Of a DNA stretch of 64,000 nucleotides, positions 1 to 14,182 are shown one piece after another (position 1 is the stretch's first letter; every line of letters starts with the position of its first letter). The DNA lies in contig CM030334.1 of assembly GCA_017654855.1 (NCBI GenBank), positions 3,348,001 to 3,412,000 on the forward strand. Reading direction: 5' to 3'. The position numbers and the translations under genes were made by a program. The DNA is from Podospora anserina (taxonomy: Eukaryota). The notes under the pieces were generated by a model, which saw only the letters and a program-made list of their open reading frames with translations, ran no database searches and had not been told where the DNA came from.

Positions 1-9
1 GCCCCGCCC

Positions 10-2345
10 CTAAATAATATTCGCAATGCTAATCCTCTTCTGACTCTCACTCTTAATACTCGACACCCCAGACGCAGCCGCCGTCGGGCTGTTATTAGAC
101 GACGACCCACTCCCCATCTCCATCGGCCTAGGGGGAGGGGCAGAAAACGGCATCGGCAACGGCGCCATCTTCATCTCGTGGCCCTGACCAGCTGGCATCT
201 CCATCTTGACCGGTGGTAGTGAAGGTGGAGGGGGGCCAGGCGTGAGCTCCATCTTCATCGGGCCCCAGGTTTGCTGGCGAGCAGGCGCGAGAGCAGCCGG
301 AGGGGGAGGGGGAGGAGGAGGAGGAGGAGCGGCGGCGCTCGTGGGACTGGATGCACCAGACGCCAAGCACCGGATGGAATTCTCCAGCCTCTCCCAACCA
401 GTCGGCCCCCACTCCCATCTCTGTTCGCTCGTCAGGTTTGTCCTCGCGTCGATGCTGAAAAGAGTGTGCTTCCCGTTGGCGGCCCCCGATGGAACAAGAG
501 GAGCGGGCGACGGCGGCTCACGGTCGCTGCCTGCCCAGACCCAGGCTGTGTCAGGGCTGGCCTGGAGGTCAGAACTGACGTACGCGACCAGCTCCTCGTC
601 TCGAAAGAGCGCTTCTTGAATCGCAGACTGGGAAGGACGTGGTGGTGGGGGTCCGTATGGCGAGGGAGGATGACTGGGGGATGGCGACTGGGCGAGGTAG
701 CTTGTAATCTCGGCTCGCCTGTTTCCGAGAACCTGGACGAAAAAGCCGAGATAACGGCCGCAAGGCATGGCAACGTCACGGTGCTCGTTGATGGATGCCA
801 GGGCGCGGACGCAGGTAGCCGCCTGATCAAACCAGCCCGTGATCAGCAAGAACAGCGCGCAGCGGAAGATGTGTGTGGTCAGAAGCGCTGTGGCGCCTTC
901 CGGAAGATCGGGTGTAACTCGCAGGAGAAGAGCAGCGGTTTCGAGAGCCGTGTGAGTGCACTGTTCAAAGGCCGTCCGTCGCACGTCGGGGGGGCAGGAA
1001 GGGAGCAGATTGTGTCGGTGGAGCAGCAGGCGTGCGTGGAGGAGGTAGACCAAGGGGTTGAGAAGCGCAGGGGTCATGGGGGCGTTGCTCGTAGGGTCGC
1101 AAGCCTGTGGAAAGGTTCGAAGGCAGGAGGAAAAGTGCTGGTCAAACGTTGCCAGCCGGGTCGGTGCAATAACGGGGGACGAGAGGGCTCTGCCGAGCGC
1201 TGTGTAAGAACGCACAACGTGTATCACGGCGAGCAGAGAATGCGTAAGCGGCTCTGCGCCCACGGGCACCCTTGGGCCCTGCTCAGAGATGAAGCAGTCG
1301 TCGACTCCAGCGGGCAACGAGACGTCGCAGTCGGAATCGTCAATCATCATCGGCCTCCCGAGTTCGATAGACAGGCTGCGATCAAGAAGGTAGATGGCCC
1401 ACCATGTCCTCCTGCGCATCTCACCCTCGAGGAATTGCCATGGCCCCAATTCGGTGTAGAGACCAAGGTCTTGAGCCACCCGGACAGCATTGCCGAGCCA
1501 GTTCCAAGCAGCAAGCTTCAGGTTCATCTCATTCAACGCCACAGAAATAAGCACAAACACGCGCGCATTGTCCAGCTCATACTCGTTGTTCCAAGGGTCA
1601 ATCAAACTCCGCGTCGTCTCGAGAAGATGGGCTGCCGAATACGCTCGGTTGTGCTCGTTCTCGGATGTAAAGAGCCTTCCAACGGCCATGACGGCAAAGA
1701 ACACAGACATGAAGGCCTGCGTGACTCGAATCGGATTGCCCTGGCGGTAGAGCCCATCTACCGTCTGCACAAAGCTGTTCCAGTGCAGAATGGGCGTCAT
1801 GGTATGGGCAGAGGTGAAGTAAGCCCTGAGCAACGAGTCTGTCGTCTGCCTGGGAGGCAGCATGGAAGTGAAGTCCCTCGGATCAGGGGCCGCCACCGGT
1901 CGGTATGGCGCTGGTGGCTTCCAGATTCCCCTGGAAAAGCTTCGTAGGTTGGTTCTTGCTCGAGCGAGGTCGTGAATGCTGGCGGGCCGCTTCTTGCGCT
2001 TGGGTGCCGAGGCGATCTCGGGGAGCTGGAGCGGCAGCTGCTCCACGCCGTCCACATCCATATCAAACTGGCCGTCCCTCTCTTGCAGCATGCGGCGGAG
2101 GCTGTTGTTCTCGCGGCGAACCCGTTCCATCTGCTTTTCCAAATCCTGCACCTGCTTGATGGACGACATGCGTCGGTTAGTTTCCTTGGTGAACTGGCAC
2201 TTGACGCTCCGGCTCGAGCACTCGGAGCAGCTCGTAGTCTCGGTGGCATCGCATTTGACCTTCCTCTCGCGGCAGGCATCGCAGCTGGGATCTTTTCTCC
2301 TCTGGCGGTATGCTCGCTTCTGGGCCTGGGAGCTGTTGTTGTTGC

Positions 2346-2382
<37 letters not shown>

Positions 2383-2823
2383 GCTGGAAGACGATGGGAG
2401 CTGGGCATGAGAGGGCCCTGGGGTGCCAGCAACTGACTCCCCTGACTGCATCGACTCTCGCTCCATGGTAGACGATGTTGCTGTGACGGGGGTGTATGGT
2501 TGGAACGAATGGCTGCCTGGTTGGGGGAGCTGCTGCTGGTGAACCGAAGGCAAAGGTGTCGGAAGGCCCAAAGGTTGTGAAGGGGCGGTTTGGTGTGAGG
2601 GAGAGTGCTGGTGTGTTTGCGGCGGCGGCGGTTGATGATGGTGATGGTGATGGTGATGGTGATGATGGAGGCTCGCACTTGGGCTTGGCCTCATCAGGCC
2701 GCCAAGGTACTGTGTAAGCGGTTTGGGTGAGGCGGCCGACGAGACACCCGAGGATTCGTAGGGCCGTGAGGAGGGGTTGGGAGATGGAGGATGAGAATAC
2801 GGGTTGTGTGACGCAGCGGCCAT
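10..2823 (-). CDS. Zn(II)2Cys6 fungal transcription factor with fungal-specific TF middle domain
   Basis: 937-aa ORF. It has a binuclear cluster CDACRERKVKCDATETTSCSECSSRSVKC followed by a coiled coil, the middle-homology motifs 'AVRVAQDLGL' and 'RRRTWWAIYLLDR', and poly-H and poly-N tracts. Confidence 0.95.
2334..2383. repeat. (GTT)n coding microsatellite (poly-Asn in the TF)
   Basis: Run of gttgtt with one gct interruption, seen directly. Confidence 0.9.
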
Positions 2824-5800
2824 AGTGCTGCTGGGGCTACACCTGCTTTAAGAAGCAGAGATTCCGACAGCCTGATTCGGAACCGTCTCCACAAGGTCAA
2901 GGTCCCCGATAGGATGGGTTATGGGGGTAAGCTGCCGGTCAACAAGGAACATGCAGACGGGAAGTATTTGGGGGTAGCCGAAGTGTTTTCTGGGAATGGG
3001 AAGGGTGTTTAAAGAAAACCAAGCGCGGTCTGAGCTCCCTCGTTTCTCCTGGTCTTGTTCTCCTCTCCCACCCCTGGTCGTTTGGATGCACCACAAGGTA
3101 GTAGGTAATGTAGACTACCCACACCACCTCGAAAATGGATACCCACGCACGATGTTGTCTTGGGCGGGTGGTGGCGGTCACTGCTTGTCGTCGAGCAGCG
3201 GGTCTGGCTTCTTTTCTTTCTGTCGAGTCCTCTTCAGTTTTGCAGACCGGTACGGAGGCAATAACAGAGTGTCTCAAAGCGTGTTGACGAGGGTCTCCAG
3301 TCCCTTCCCGAACAGCTCCGTCCAGCTCGAAAGTCCCGGGGTGGTATCTAGCGGTGATGCAACGCCGTGCAACCACAGTGCCGTTTTCTGATCCGCAAAG
3401 TCTTGGTGCGGCCTGTAGCTGGCGCAGTTGAGGTTGCGGTTGCGGTTGCCGTCCAATGCTTTTCCGTAGCAGTCAGGCCCTGCCCCTTGTTCCGCAGCCT
3501 CTCTTGTTTCTCTCTCTTCTCTCGGGATCCTATGGTGGAGGAAGGCGAGTGAGAGAGAGCAGTGTGAGGGCGAGCAAGAGTAGCAATTGGGTTAGAAAGC
3601 TGCGCCGTTTGGTCCCGAGACGGCCGCAATGCGACCATGTGTTAAAAGGCGGTCGTATTAGTAGAAGCCGTGACTCTCCAGCCTGCGGCCTGTAAGTGAG
3701 GTCTTGCTGGGGAACCGGCAAAAGGCGACCGGGCGGGCGTGTGTGTAAATGCGCACCCAGCTACGGGCCACGTCTGGTTCGCCGGAACTACCAAGCTGGT
3801 GAGCGAGAGGGCAACGGCTGAGAGCAGGCGCAACCGCACTTGGGGAGCCTAAGCCTGCAGAGATGGGGGGTAAACAGGAGGCGGCGGAGACAGCGGCAAA
3901 GCGGAGGGCGCTGGTATGAGGATCCGATATGCAGCACACACGGCTGATGGGTGGTGTTTTGTTGTAGGAAGTTCTCGTCTGGAAAGGGAAAAGCGAAGGA
4001 GAGGCCGTCTGGCGAAGGGAGAGCAGAGGGTGTCAGAAGGAGGAAGAAGTCCGGTATCGAAGCGTGATTTGAGAGGACCGAGCAGAAGAGGGTTGTAGCT
4101 GGGTAGCAATGACAAGCCGGGGCATCTCAACCAGCCATAGCCATGTTCCATGCTCCATCATCATCCCATGTCACCAGTCCTAGTGCTAGTGTAGTCCCGA
4201 CTCCATACTCCCTAGTACACAGCCTTCAGGGGTGGGGAGCGGAGGAGGGGATGAAGGGACAAGGCCGGAGGGGACCAAGTGGTGCTGTATTGAAAATCCG
4301 TACTGTGATGATGCTTTGGTAACAAACGATACAACAGTAGTGTACGTCCGTATGCCCACTCGACCACCCAGGGTCCGCCCTTCTCTGCAGCACGGCCCTT
4401 TGACTGGTGCTTGGGGGTGCAGTTGACGTCTCCGTAGAGCTCGCAAGCCACCCCTGGATCTGTCCAAGACACGAGTGACATGTGCTGCTGCTGATGCTCC
4501 AGAGAGGCAAAAAAGCAATTCCTGCTCGGGTTTTGGTGCCCGCTGCTGACAGCTTGTTCTCAGACGCCCACAGACGGGGGGCTCGCTAGCAAAACACCCC
4601 GGCCCCTGACACAGTGAACCCCGGTCGCTTTTATCAACACACAGCAACCAAACCGGCTATGACCGTGCGAAAATAAGGTACTGTGCCGCACATCACTGAC
4701 ATTCCCGTTTTTCCATCCCACTGTGCCCGGAAAGCGTGAAAGCCACGCTGTCCCTTGCGCACGCAGCAGGCAGATGGGCGATCAGCGTTGCGGCGGAAAC
4801 TGGTGCAAGGGAGTTGACGAACAAGCATTTGTGACGTAGGTGGGCTTCACTCAGACATGACGATGATGCTCGTTGAGACGCTTCACCCTATTTTTCTCGT
4901 CTCTTCTCGAGACGGAATAAAAAACCCGGCATGTGGGACCAGGTGAGCCGAACCAAAGTCAGAGAGGATGCAGCCTGTGCCGTACGGGAAGGGAGCGGCT
5001 TCCAATCGGTTGCCTTGGGGTCTCTGGCGTCTTTGCTGTCTGTGTGGTGCAGGATGCTAGAAAACTGTGCCCGTGTGGCGTAAAAATCCATTATTCAGTT
5101 GTCGAGTGTCGTGATGGATGCACAGCTCCCCGCTGGATGACCGCCTCACCCGTTGTGCCGCGCCGTCGAAGCTGCGGTCATTGCAGAAGGATCACACAGA
5201 TGGCTGTCTGGCGGGGCTGACAACCTGATGAGATGAACTGCAACTGACGCAAGTGGGTGGGCCTTGCTCCAAACAGGAGACCTGTCGGAGTCCATCCACG
5301 GCTTCGCCATGTCTCTGAAGCTTCAGGATTTTCTGTGTCTCGCCCACGCGGCGTGACAGGTTCCTTACCCCGTGGCATGATGTGCATCGGAATCGAGTCG
5401 CCAGCAGGAGGGCTGGTCAACGGCCAGTCTCAACTGGCTACGGGTGAGACATGAAAGACAGGCACCGCTATAGTTGTTGAGGCTCGAGACCTCGTCGGTC
5501 TTTCAAATCCGTACGATATGTGTGGACCAGTATCTACGGATACAAAGGCCGAGAAGAGCCACACTAGCTCCATGCTGGTGGGCAGTTCGGCCGGCCGGCC
5601 GGCCGGCGAGCGGAGACCATCCCCTCTGCTGGATTCCGTACTGTAACCTGTAACGACAGTCTCGACATTCTCGAATCCTGGGCGTAATAACCCAGGCTTA
5701 TTATGATCTTCGGCGCAACTCCCGGAGGCTCAGGGATGGGTAACTTTGGCGTCAAACACGTGTAGCTTAAATAAAAGTCTCGGCCCTATCTCGAGACAGA

Positions 5801-6461
5801 GATAATCAGATACCAAGATGCTTTTTTTACTCGTTGATCATGTCTTGCTTGAGGAGAGCACGCTCACCATGTGCTCGTACTCGTGTCGGGATCCGGTGTG
5901 CGTGATCTCATGGCTGTGAGACAGAGAGAAAGAGCAAGAATTGATGTCGTTCACCTGCAATTGCTAGCCTCCTAGCGTAGCCCTGTTTGGTGAAGCGCCA
6001 TGGCCGCGCTGGATCTCGGTAACGGGAGGGGCTCGATGCAACGTGCCGCTTGGACGAGTCGGCGAGGCAGTGGACACCGCCAAGCACAGCGTCCATCCAC
6101 AGCAGCGGGACTGGTTTTTGGTCCAAGGCAATTCGTTCTTCGGGGATGCGGAATGCGGAATAGATGAGGAGGGGAGCCCAATCATGTCGGCAGGCATCCG
6201 GAAGCCGGCTCGATTAGAGAGTCGTCTCATTGATGGAAGATTTTGATGAGGTCGTGCTTGGCCCGCAGAACCACAACAGTACCTGATCCGGAACCATTTC
6301 TGCCAGACGAGGGGGAAAAATACACTACTATACACTACGGCTGTTGCTCCGATAGCGTCTCTTTGTGCTTCGGTTGGCCGCCGAGGGTGCCGAATTCGAA
6401 TCCACGTTCACCGATGCCAGCCCATGTGCCCATGTCGGTGATCGTCAGCCTGTTACTGAGA

Positions 6462-6489
6462 AGGCATGAGGCATGAGGCATGAGGCATG
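6462..6489 (+). repeat. (AGGCATG)x4 tandem heptamer, intergenic
   Basis: aggcatgaggcatgaggcatgaggcatg seen directly. Confidence 0.85.
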
Positions 6490-9400
6490 GTGACGTGACC
6501 ATGTATATCTGTGCAATGTTAACTTGTAGAACAGAGAAAACAGAGACCGAGACACACATGCAATTCCTGGTTGATTGAATTTGAAAAGTACACTTTACGA
6601 ATAACGAATTCAATTTTCATCAGATTTCAACCGACGGGAGCGGGGCACTGGCAATTGATGCGCGCGGTGGACCTCTCGCCGTGAGAACACTCCCGCTTGG
6701 CACGCTTGGCGCCCTTCACACCCATATCCTTGCCAGCCACGCCCGAGCTTCTGACCAACCGGCACGGGCCAGGCAAAGAAGCCGTCGAAGGATTTTGGAG
6801 CCATTAGCAGCCACCTACTGGACAACTATAGGCCGGGGTGGCACTGACACCCCGCCCAAAGACCGTTTCAAGATCGATGTGCGAGATTTGCGGTGCCGAG
6901 AAACTGACAGGCCAGAACGTCGTGTCTTTCAACAAGTCCACCGACAAAGTTCAAGACTATTGATAGTTCTACTACACTGACAGAGTAATCATTGGTAATT
7001 AATAACAGGATCCCGGCTTCCAGGTTCACACCGAGAATCCAATAAACAAAAAGCCTCTATTGGAAACCATCCCACCATCTTCTTTCCCTCCAGCAGCTAG
7101 CTAGCTGTCTGGCTGTGCCTTCCCAGATCAGATCATGCTGCAACATATCCCCAGATAGGCAAGAGTAAAACAGAGATGTACCTTCCAGTAAAATTGTGTG
7201 AAGACACAACCCCGCTCCGGGTCGGAGACTTTGACACCTCTAGGCAGGCACGCAGGAAAGGAAGGAGTGGCTCGCGGGATGGATTGCGGCAGGAGCAAAG
7301 AACCAAAAACACTTGTGAACTTTCCGTCTGATGAAGGAGCTGAAGTCAACCAAGGCAGCTGATGAATGGCTCGCTTGCAACTTGCAACTCTTCCCTTCCC
7401 CCCTCTCTTTCCTCCCCTTCGAGAGCCCAGACCCTCTTGGCACCCGAATTCCCGTTTTTCTTTCTCGCCGGGCGTCAGCCACAGCCACCATCGCATCGAC
7501 CATCAGCTGTTGGGCTTACCGATGGCTTACCGTTTTCTATCAGGCAGAACCCAGCTGCCGGAGAAAAGAACCGGCCGTGTCAACCGACCTCGGGCCCAGA
7601 GCCGGTTCTACCATCATCCCAGCAAGTCTGGTTGTTGATATGCCCATCCGGTGTTCGCCAATACCGAGTACTCTCCGAGAGCCTTTCGTGACGAAAATGC
7701 GGCTCAGTCGTAGCGAAGCTGCTCAGCTGTATTGATCGGGCCCTGATGTCACCTCTCTCCTATTCCTCGCTCCCCACCTTGTTTCACGCGCTTATTGACT
7801 TGTAAATGACTGCTACAGCACCACTGGGGACCGAGATTCGCACATGTCCACGACGCCCGTCTGTCTTCCAAGCTTCCCTTCCAAGCTTCTAGTGGCTGCC
7901 ACCCGCAGCGTGGAGGTGTGCTGAGCAAGGGTGAATTGTTGCGGACCTGTTGATTTGAAGCCATGTCCTGTGCCGAGAATGCGGGATTCCAGGAAGCTGG
8001 ACGCCATCATGAGCCACCAACTCCGACGCATTGCTGCGGGAGAAACCGAAAAGGGAGCCAATACTTCGCGAGTTGCAGCCACTCTGAATCCTCATCGCTG
8101 TCAATATGGACACTGCGATGCCATCATGCAGAGTTCGGTACAGAGTACGTACACAACCAAGGGTCGCTCTCTCGCCAACCAGTCCGGTTGGCCAACATCA
8201 ACCTCGCTTCCCGCCGCCATTGCAGTAGAAGTGGAAACAGATGAGGTGGTATTCTGACAAAGTTCCATTGGACTTTCCTCGTCCCTCGTCCAGTCAGTTG
8301 TCTCGTGTCGTTCTGCCCTGTGGTTCGGATAGGTAGAAGCGATTTGTTGGGAAGTAGAGCTTCACCCACCCCGGAAGGAACGACAGTATCAGCAGTCTGA
8401 TATTAGGCGCTCGAATCGCCGTATCGTGGACGTCGAAAGACGAATGGCACCACTTGGCGGCGGGTTTTGCCCACACTACTATACTCAGCCCAGCCTTGGA
8501 TGCTCTCACAACCACCCATCCGACTGCCGAAATCCGGGCAAGCTGTTCAGCTCCGCACACACATGGATAACCATCCCGACCACTCAGAAGCACGCACAAG
8601 TCTGTCCTTCCACATTGCACGACATTCCTATGGAGTAGACGAGAAGACACGGTTGATCACGCACTGTTGTTTGTTTCTCCCAACGGGTGGTCGGAAGTGT
8701 AGCCTGCTCTTCGTCCCACGCTGCTTGAGACATGCCTACCGTGCGTGGTCCAGTCCAAGCGAACTCTCGGGACGTTGGAACTGTGGCGAACGTGTGACCA
8801 CCGGTGAAGGTTTCCCAGTCTTTTCTAGTGAGACTTTTCTGTACACGTGTGGAAACGGTGTAGAGGGCAAGCCATTCCGTGTCCGGTCAAGGGATACGGC
8901 GTCAAGTGCGCTTGCTGACGGCAGAGGATGCCACCCCACCAAACACGCTGATTTGTAGGGATATACGAAGCATGTCGTCGTCTTGACGGAGGTTGATGGG
9001 TGGCAGAGTTGCTGAGCTCCATGTGGTCATGATGAACAAGGCTCCTTGCAACCAGCATGCTGTGCAACGGCCGGGCAGCGTGAGAGCCGGCCGATGGAGC
9101 ATCTCACAATATAGAGGAGGGTTTCCGATTCGCATCCAGCCCTGGCCGGGTTGCGGATGTCGACGGATACTGTGTGCTTGGGATCTCGGAGAAGGGCCGT
9201 ACGGGCTTCAAGCGGGTCTTTGTACTGGACCATTTAGGTCCGTCGCAAGGGAGAACGGCGGCGACTCAGCCGGTCCTATCAAGACATGTACGGTCCCGTT
9301 CACGGCCCAGCAACTTGTACCGCGCAAACCGCGGATTGACGCTCCACGTGTAAGTCACTTCTCTTCTCACAAATTCCTATCTCGTCACACAGTACCAGCG

Positions 9401-12400
9401 GAATCACTGCGCTATGGTTGCACACCGTCCAGGCTTCCACCATGCCGTAAAATGAAGGGCGGTTACTCGGGAGACGCCTTGTCGAAAATTATGGCCGAAT
9501 ATCACAAGACTGCGCAACAATTGCTGTTCCTACTTCCAGGCTATCACAATGGCCAGACGCAAGACTCTCATTACAGGGACGAGCTATCACATGTATTATC
9601 ATGCCGCCGTCGATGCGCCGTCAGTTCTGGAGACGAGACGCTGCATGACTGGTCGCATGTGCCGAGATGGAGGGGAGCGAACGAGCGGAGAAGGAGGGGG
9701 AGATGAGGGGCCTCTGTTTCGTTGAGATGATGAAGGGTGAGGGGGGACGTTGCGCCGTATTCGTTTCCTCCCACAAAACACAAAACAAATATCTCCGCTG
9801 TCTGTCGTGTGTGGTTGGTTTGGTTTCCGAGGGTTGAGAGCGGAACGGCAAAGAAATAAAGAAGGGCTTTTGTTGAGACTTCTGGTTGGCTTCGCTGAAC
9901 CTGACGTTTCTTTTTCCTTCGCTTAAGGGAATGGGCAAACAAGAATGCGGATGGGGTTCTCGGTACCTGACCGATGACGCCGAGGGCCCTGTCGGATGGC
10001 TTCCGAAACTAGAGCGTCGATCCTCTTGTTCCCACCCGGTTGGCTGTCGTCAGGAGGAAGAGAAAAAGAAAAGGTGAACGGCGCGCTCGAGACTCGTGGC
10101 AGAGATCACAATCACAACGGCAGCGTGGTTTACACGTGCCGACTTCGTGAATGTCTCGGTCGGCGCTTTTTGCTTTCTTTTGCCTGTCTGAAGGTCTTTC
10201 CCGGCTTTTTGAGACATTGATGGAAAAGAATCACTGATCAACAACCTCGTGGCAGGATTACGATACAGTACTTGGACTCATCAGCACACACAGTACGGAG
10301 CAGTCGGGAAAGACAATCTTTTGATCAAGGAACGGTTTTCGTTTTCAAAACCCCTCCCTACACCCCCGGTTCCCCCCCGTCCCCCCGGAGAGAGCACAAA
10401 AAAGAGAAGAAGAAAAAAGAAGCTTTCAGCCAATTATCGAGATGCGGGATCCGAGATTCAGAAGGGGGAGCAGATCAACAGATGCCCACCCGAGCGGACG
10501 CAACCATGGGCCGTGCTAAGCGCTAGGCCCTTTTCGGGAACCTCTTCGTGGCCGTGGTTCCGAAGAAAACTCACCACCAGTGCCTGTGAGGCGCTGTAGC
10601 TGTGAAGGGCTGGCGCTGTTTTGTGTGTGGTGGATGATGAGGTGTGAGTGGTTCTTTGTGAGAAAACAATCTTGGTTTTCGTCACCCCCACCACGCACTG
10701 CTGGGCATCAGCAGCAAAGCGATAATCAACCCAAGTCCCTTTTGCTGCGGGCGCTCCACTCCACCACAAAACGCCCCATATCGGGCCCCCGGCAGCTGCC
10801 GCGGCGCGCAACAACCACCACCACCACCACTAACGATGGAACGGCTGGGCTGGGCAGGTCTGGGCTGATGGGGGGAGGAATGAAATGCAGGGACCTGGTT
10901 TGGAGATTATTTTGGGTGGTGTTTAGGAAGTAAAAACCGACGTAAGTAGGTAGGTGGATGAGAACTGGGAAAAGGTTGGGTATCATTCTGGGAGTCGGCA
11001 AGGTGAGTTGCTGATTAACGAGCAACCAAAAGAACTTCTGGAATATGTGTGAGATTACTACACTACGACACTGCAAAGACAACAGTTCAGCAAGCCGTTG
11101 AGATTTAGATTACCTACTAACAAATTGGGAACTTTTGGACAGAGACAGAAGCGAGCGAGAAACGTCACCGTACCATGCCCATCCTACGGGGAGGGGAGCC
11201 ATCGTGTGTGTAAGGCAAGGTATATCTATCTTGGCATGGGAACTTTACACACAGTGTTACATACATACCACCAGACACCGAACCAAACACCAAAGAACAG
11301 ATCGCCTCCTGCTCGTTCTTTCTTTCTACATTTCTTCTAGCGCAAAAGCGCGATTTCGGAATCGCGGAAGGCGGAACGGGCAGCATCGCATCGCATATCG
11401 AGGGTTATCGTCACATTGTGAGATGCTACGTTGGGGTTGTAGTGGGTGGTATGGGTCTGGGCGTTACCACGGTTCGCTTAATGGGCTTTGGGGGTTTGAG
11501 GCCGGATAAGGCCGAGTGAGCAGGGCGGCGGGTTGAAGTTGGAGTGGTGATGGATGAGTTGTGGCGTATGGGTGAGAGAGGGGAAGGATGGGAGATCTTT
11601 GGCGTTGTGTCGGGAGGATGGCGAAGTCACGAGCTGGAATGTGATGGTTGGGAGGTAGGAGTGGTGATATCTGGTTGGGTTTGGGAGGTAGGTTGCTGTT
11701 GAGGGGGATACGGGGCCACAGAGGAAGGTATGAGGGCATCATGAAAGGGACCAAGAGATGACCTTAACAGGCTACTGACACAAAGCTGGAGACTGGAGTC
11801 TTCCTGAAAGGCTTTCTCTCTGAACAATACCTTCTGCTGACATTAACAGGTTGAGAAGAGTCTTTGATCACAAGTCTTGGTGCTCTCAACCGAGATAGAC
11901 ACCGGGCAACATTGTAAATGACACAAGAAGCTGATCCATGCTCTACGTCAAAGAAAGATACGACAACCTCTGGCGCATTGGCAGACTTTCGAGATTGGCG
12001 AATGTGTTTGTTGAGAAGCACGCCTTCTGCCACAATGTAGACTTCCGCTTATTCCTTCTGTCTTTCTACCTGTATGGGCTTATAGCTATTTGGGCATTGC
12101 AAGTAGCAAATAAAATCTGGTGACAGGCTGTGACTCGTTACGCCCTACACTTGAGATACCTTGAGCTCGGAGAACGCCAGATCTGTTTGACATCGCCCGC
12201 AACTTCCGGCAGTGTTTTCTCCTAAGCCTCCAGGTCTAATTGAGCAAACTACCGCAAGCCAAAAAATATGTGCACCTACGTTCAACGACTGGGCCTCGAG
12301 CTATTAGTAGACTTTTGTGTTGCTTGACTATCTCCTCCAAGGACGTCTATCTGCCAGGGTTTATCTGTCAGTCAAAACCCTCAATGAAGGATCCCATCAG

Positions 12401-12878
12401 TCAGGTCACTGCAGGAATATTCTGTCATCGTCGAAACCCATTACAGAGAGTACTGAGTCTCGTCGTCTGCTCAGGCCCCTTTCACTAAAAAGTCTCGATC
12501 CAACTAGGTGAGCCGTCTCACAAGTCTAAGCAGCTTCGTGATACCTCCCCTCTATTACAAGTCCAGTCACAGCAACAGGTCTGTTTCACCAGGTTAGGTA
12601 AGACTTCCATAGAAAGCTTGCTTACCAAGCTGGTACACAGAGTTTCCCCAATCGCAACGGCGGCAACTCTAACCGGAGGAAACAATAAACGGGACAACAT
12701 AGGACAGATATATATATCAAGGCTATGTGTGCTTGGCCTCAATATAACATCGTCAGGATTCTCAACACCCTGAAATGCTTTGCCGCTGGGTACTATCACA
12801 ACAACAATATGCAAGACAAAACAAAGCCAAAAAACCATCATATTCTAGGTAAGGTATCATAAATCGCCACCCCATTTT

Positions 12879-14146
12879 CTACTCCGGAGGGGCCAAGCCC
12901 GTCAACCCCCCAGCCAACCCTTGCATCCTCCTCCCCAGCAAATCATCCGAACTCGCCAACCTCTTGACCAAACCCCCATTGTCACCATCGGCCCTCGCCG
13001 TCCTGACTCTTCTCTTCTTCTTTTGCCCCCCCGAACCAGAGCCACTCCCGGACCCGCTATCCGCCCCATCACCCGAAACCGTAACCTTTGGCAGTTCCTC
13101 TGTCCCATTAACCTTCCCATTCGTCAAAACCGACGTAGTCGACGCCCTCTCCCTCGTCTTTCCAGGAGCAGCAGAAACAGCAGGGCCCGGCCGCGACCTA
13201 CTCATCCTCATCTCCAGCCCCCCATCGCCCTCGGTCCCATCCGTCACAGCCGTCGCCCCGCTATCCCTCCTCCCCCTCTGGTGGTGTGGCGTCCGGTTGT
13301 TCATCTCCTGAGTATGAACCCTATACTCACCCTCCTCATTCCTGCTGCTTCCCCTCCCCCTCTCTTCCCTCCTCCTCCTCCGTCTCTCCCCCTCTCTAAA
13401 CCCCTCCTCTATCCAACTCCCCGTCTTGTCAAACAACCCCCATGCAGGCGGGTAAACAGAAGGAAACTGTAAAAACCCATGGCTAATCCCCGGTATGAGC
13501 GTCACTTCCGCAAACGCATTCTCGTCGAACCCTTCTGTCAACGCGTCAGTGTCGCGGTATTCGTAACGGGTGCCGTTGCTGGCCATTTGTGCCGCCTTGA
13601 CGCGGCGGAGGCGGCCGGCGAAGATGACCGTGTCGTCTACCAACGGGTCTCTCTCCCCGGTCAAGAAGTAAGTTTTGGGAAAACGGGACAGCAGGACGTC
13701 TGGACACAAAATAGGACACAAAAGGTAGTCTTGGCTGAAGTCGGGACGGTTGTGAGGGCCGACGTAGAGGATGATCATCGCGCGCATCATTTCTGGTGTT
13801 AGGACTCTGTCGTTGAAGTAGGAGATCATGCTTGACATTGCGAGGCGGGTTTTGAGGGGGGAGGGGTGGTGGGAGGTGGATGGCTGTTTCTTTTTGCCGG
13901 AGGAGGCGGTTTGGTCGAGGGAGGTGGAGGAGTGAGGGGGTGTGGTGGGGAGGGATTTGGGAGACAGAGGCAGGGGAGAGGTAACCGGGGGGAGGTGGAA
14001 GGTTGTCGATCCGGCGTGGGCGTATTGTGGTGCGGGAGAGAGACACAGTTCCCGGTTGCGGAGGATAGCATGTTCGTCTGGGTTGAGGTTGGCGGGGTCA
14101 AAGTTGACGGCGGTGGAATCCGAGTCCGGAAGGGTACCCGAGCTGA

Positions 14147-14182
<36 letters not shown>

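Noticed and set aside
271-1947. 558-aa plus-strand ORF
   Set aside because: Antisense shadow of the GC-rich transcription factor CDS, with no recognisable motifs.
8993-9706. 237-aa ORF in the long intergenic region
   Set aside because: Non-ATG first codon, no motifs, and a Cys/Arg-rich random-like composition.
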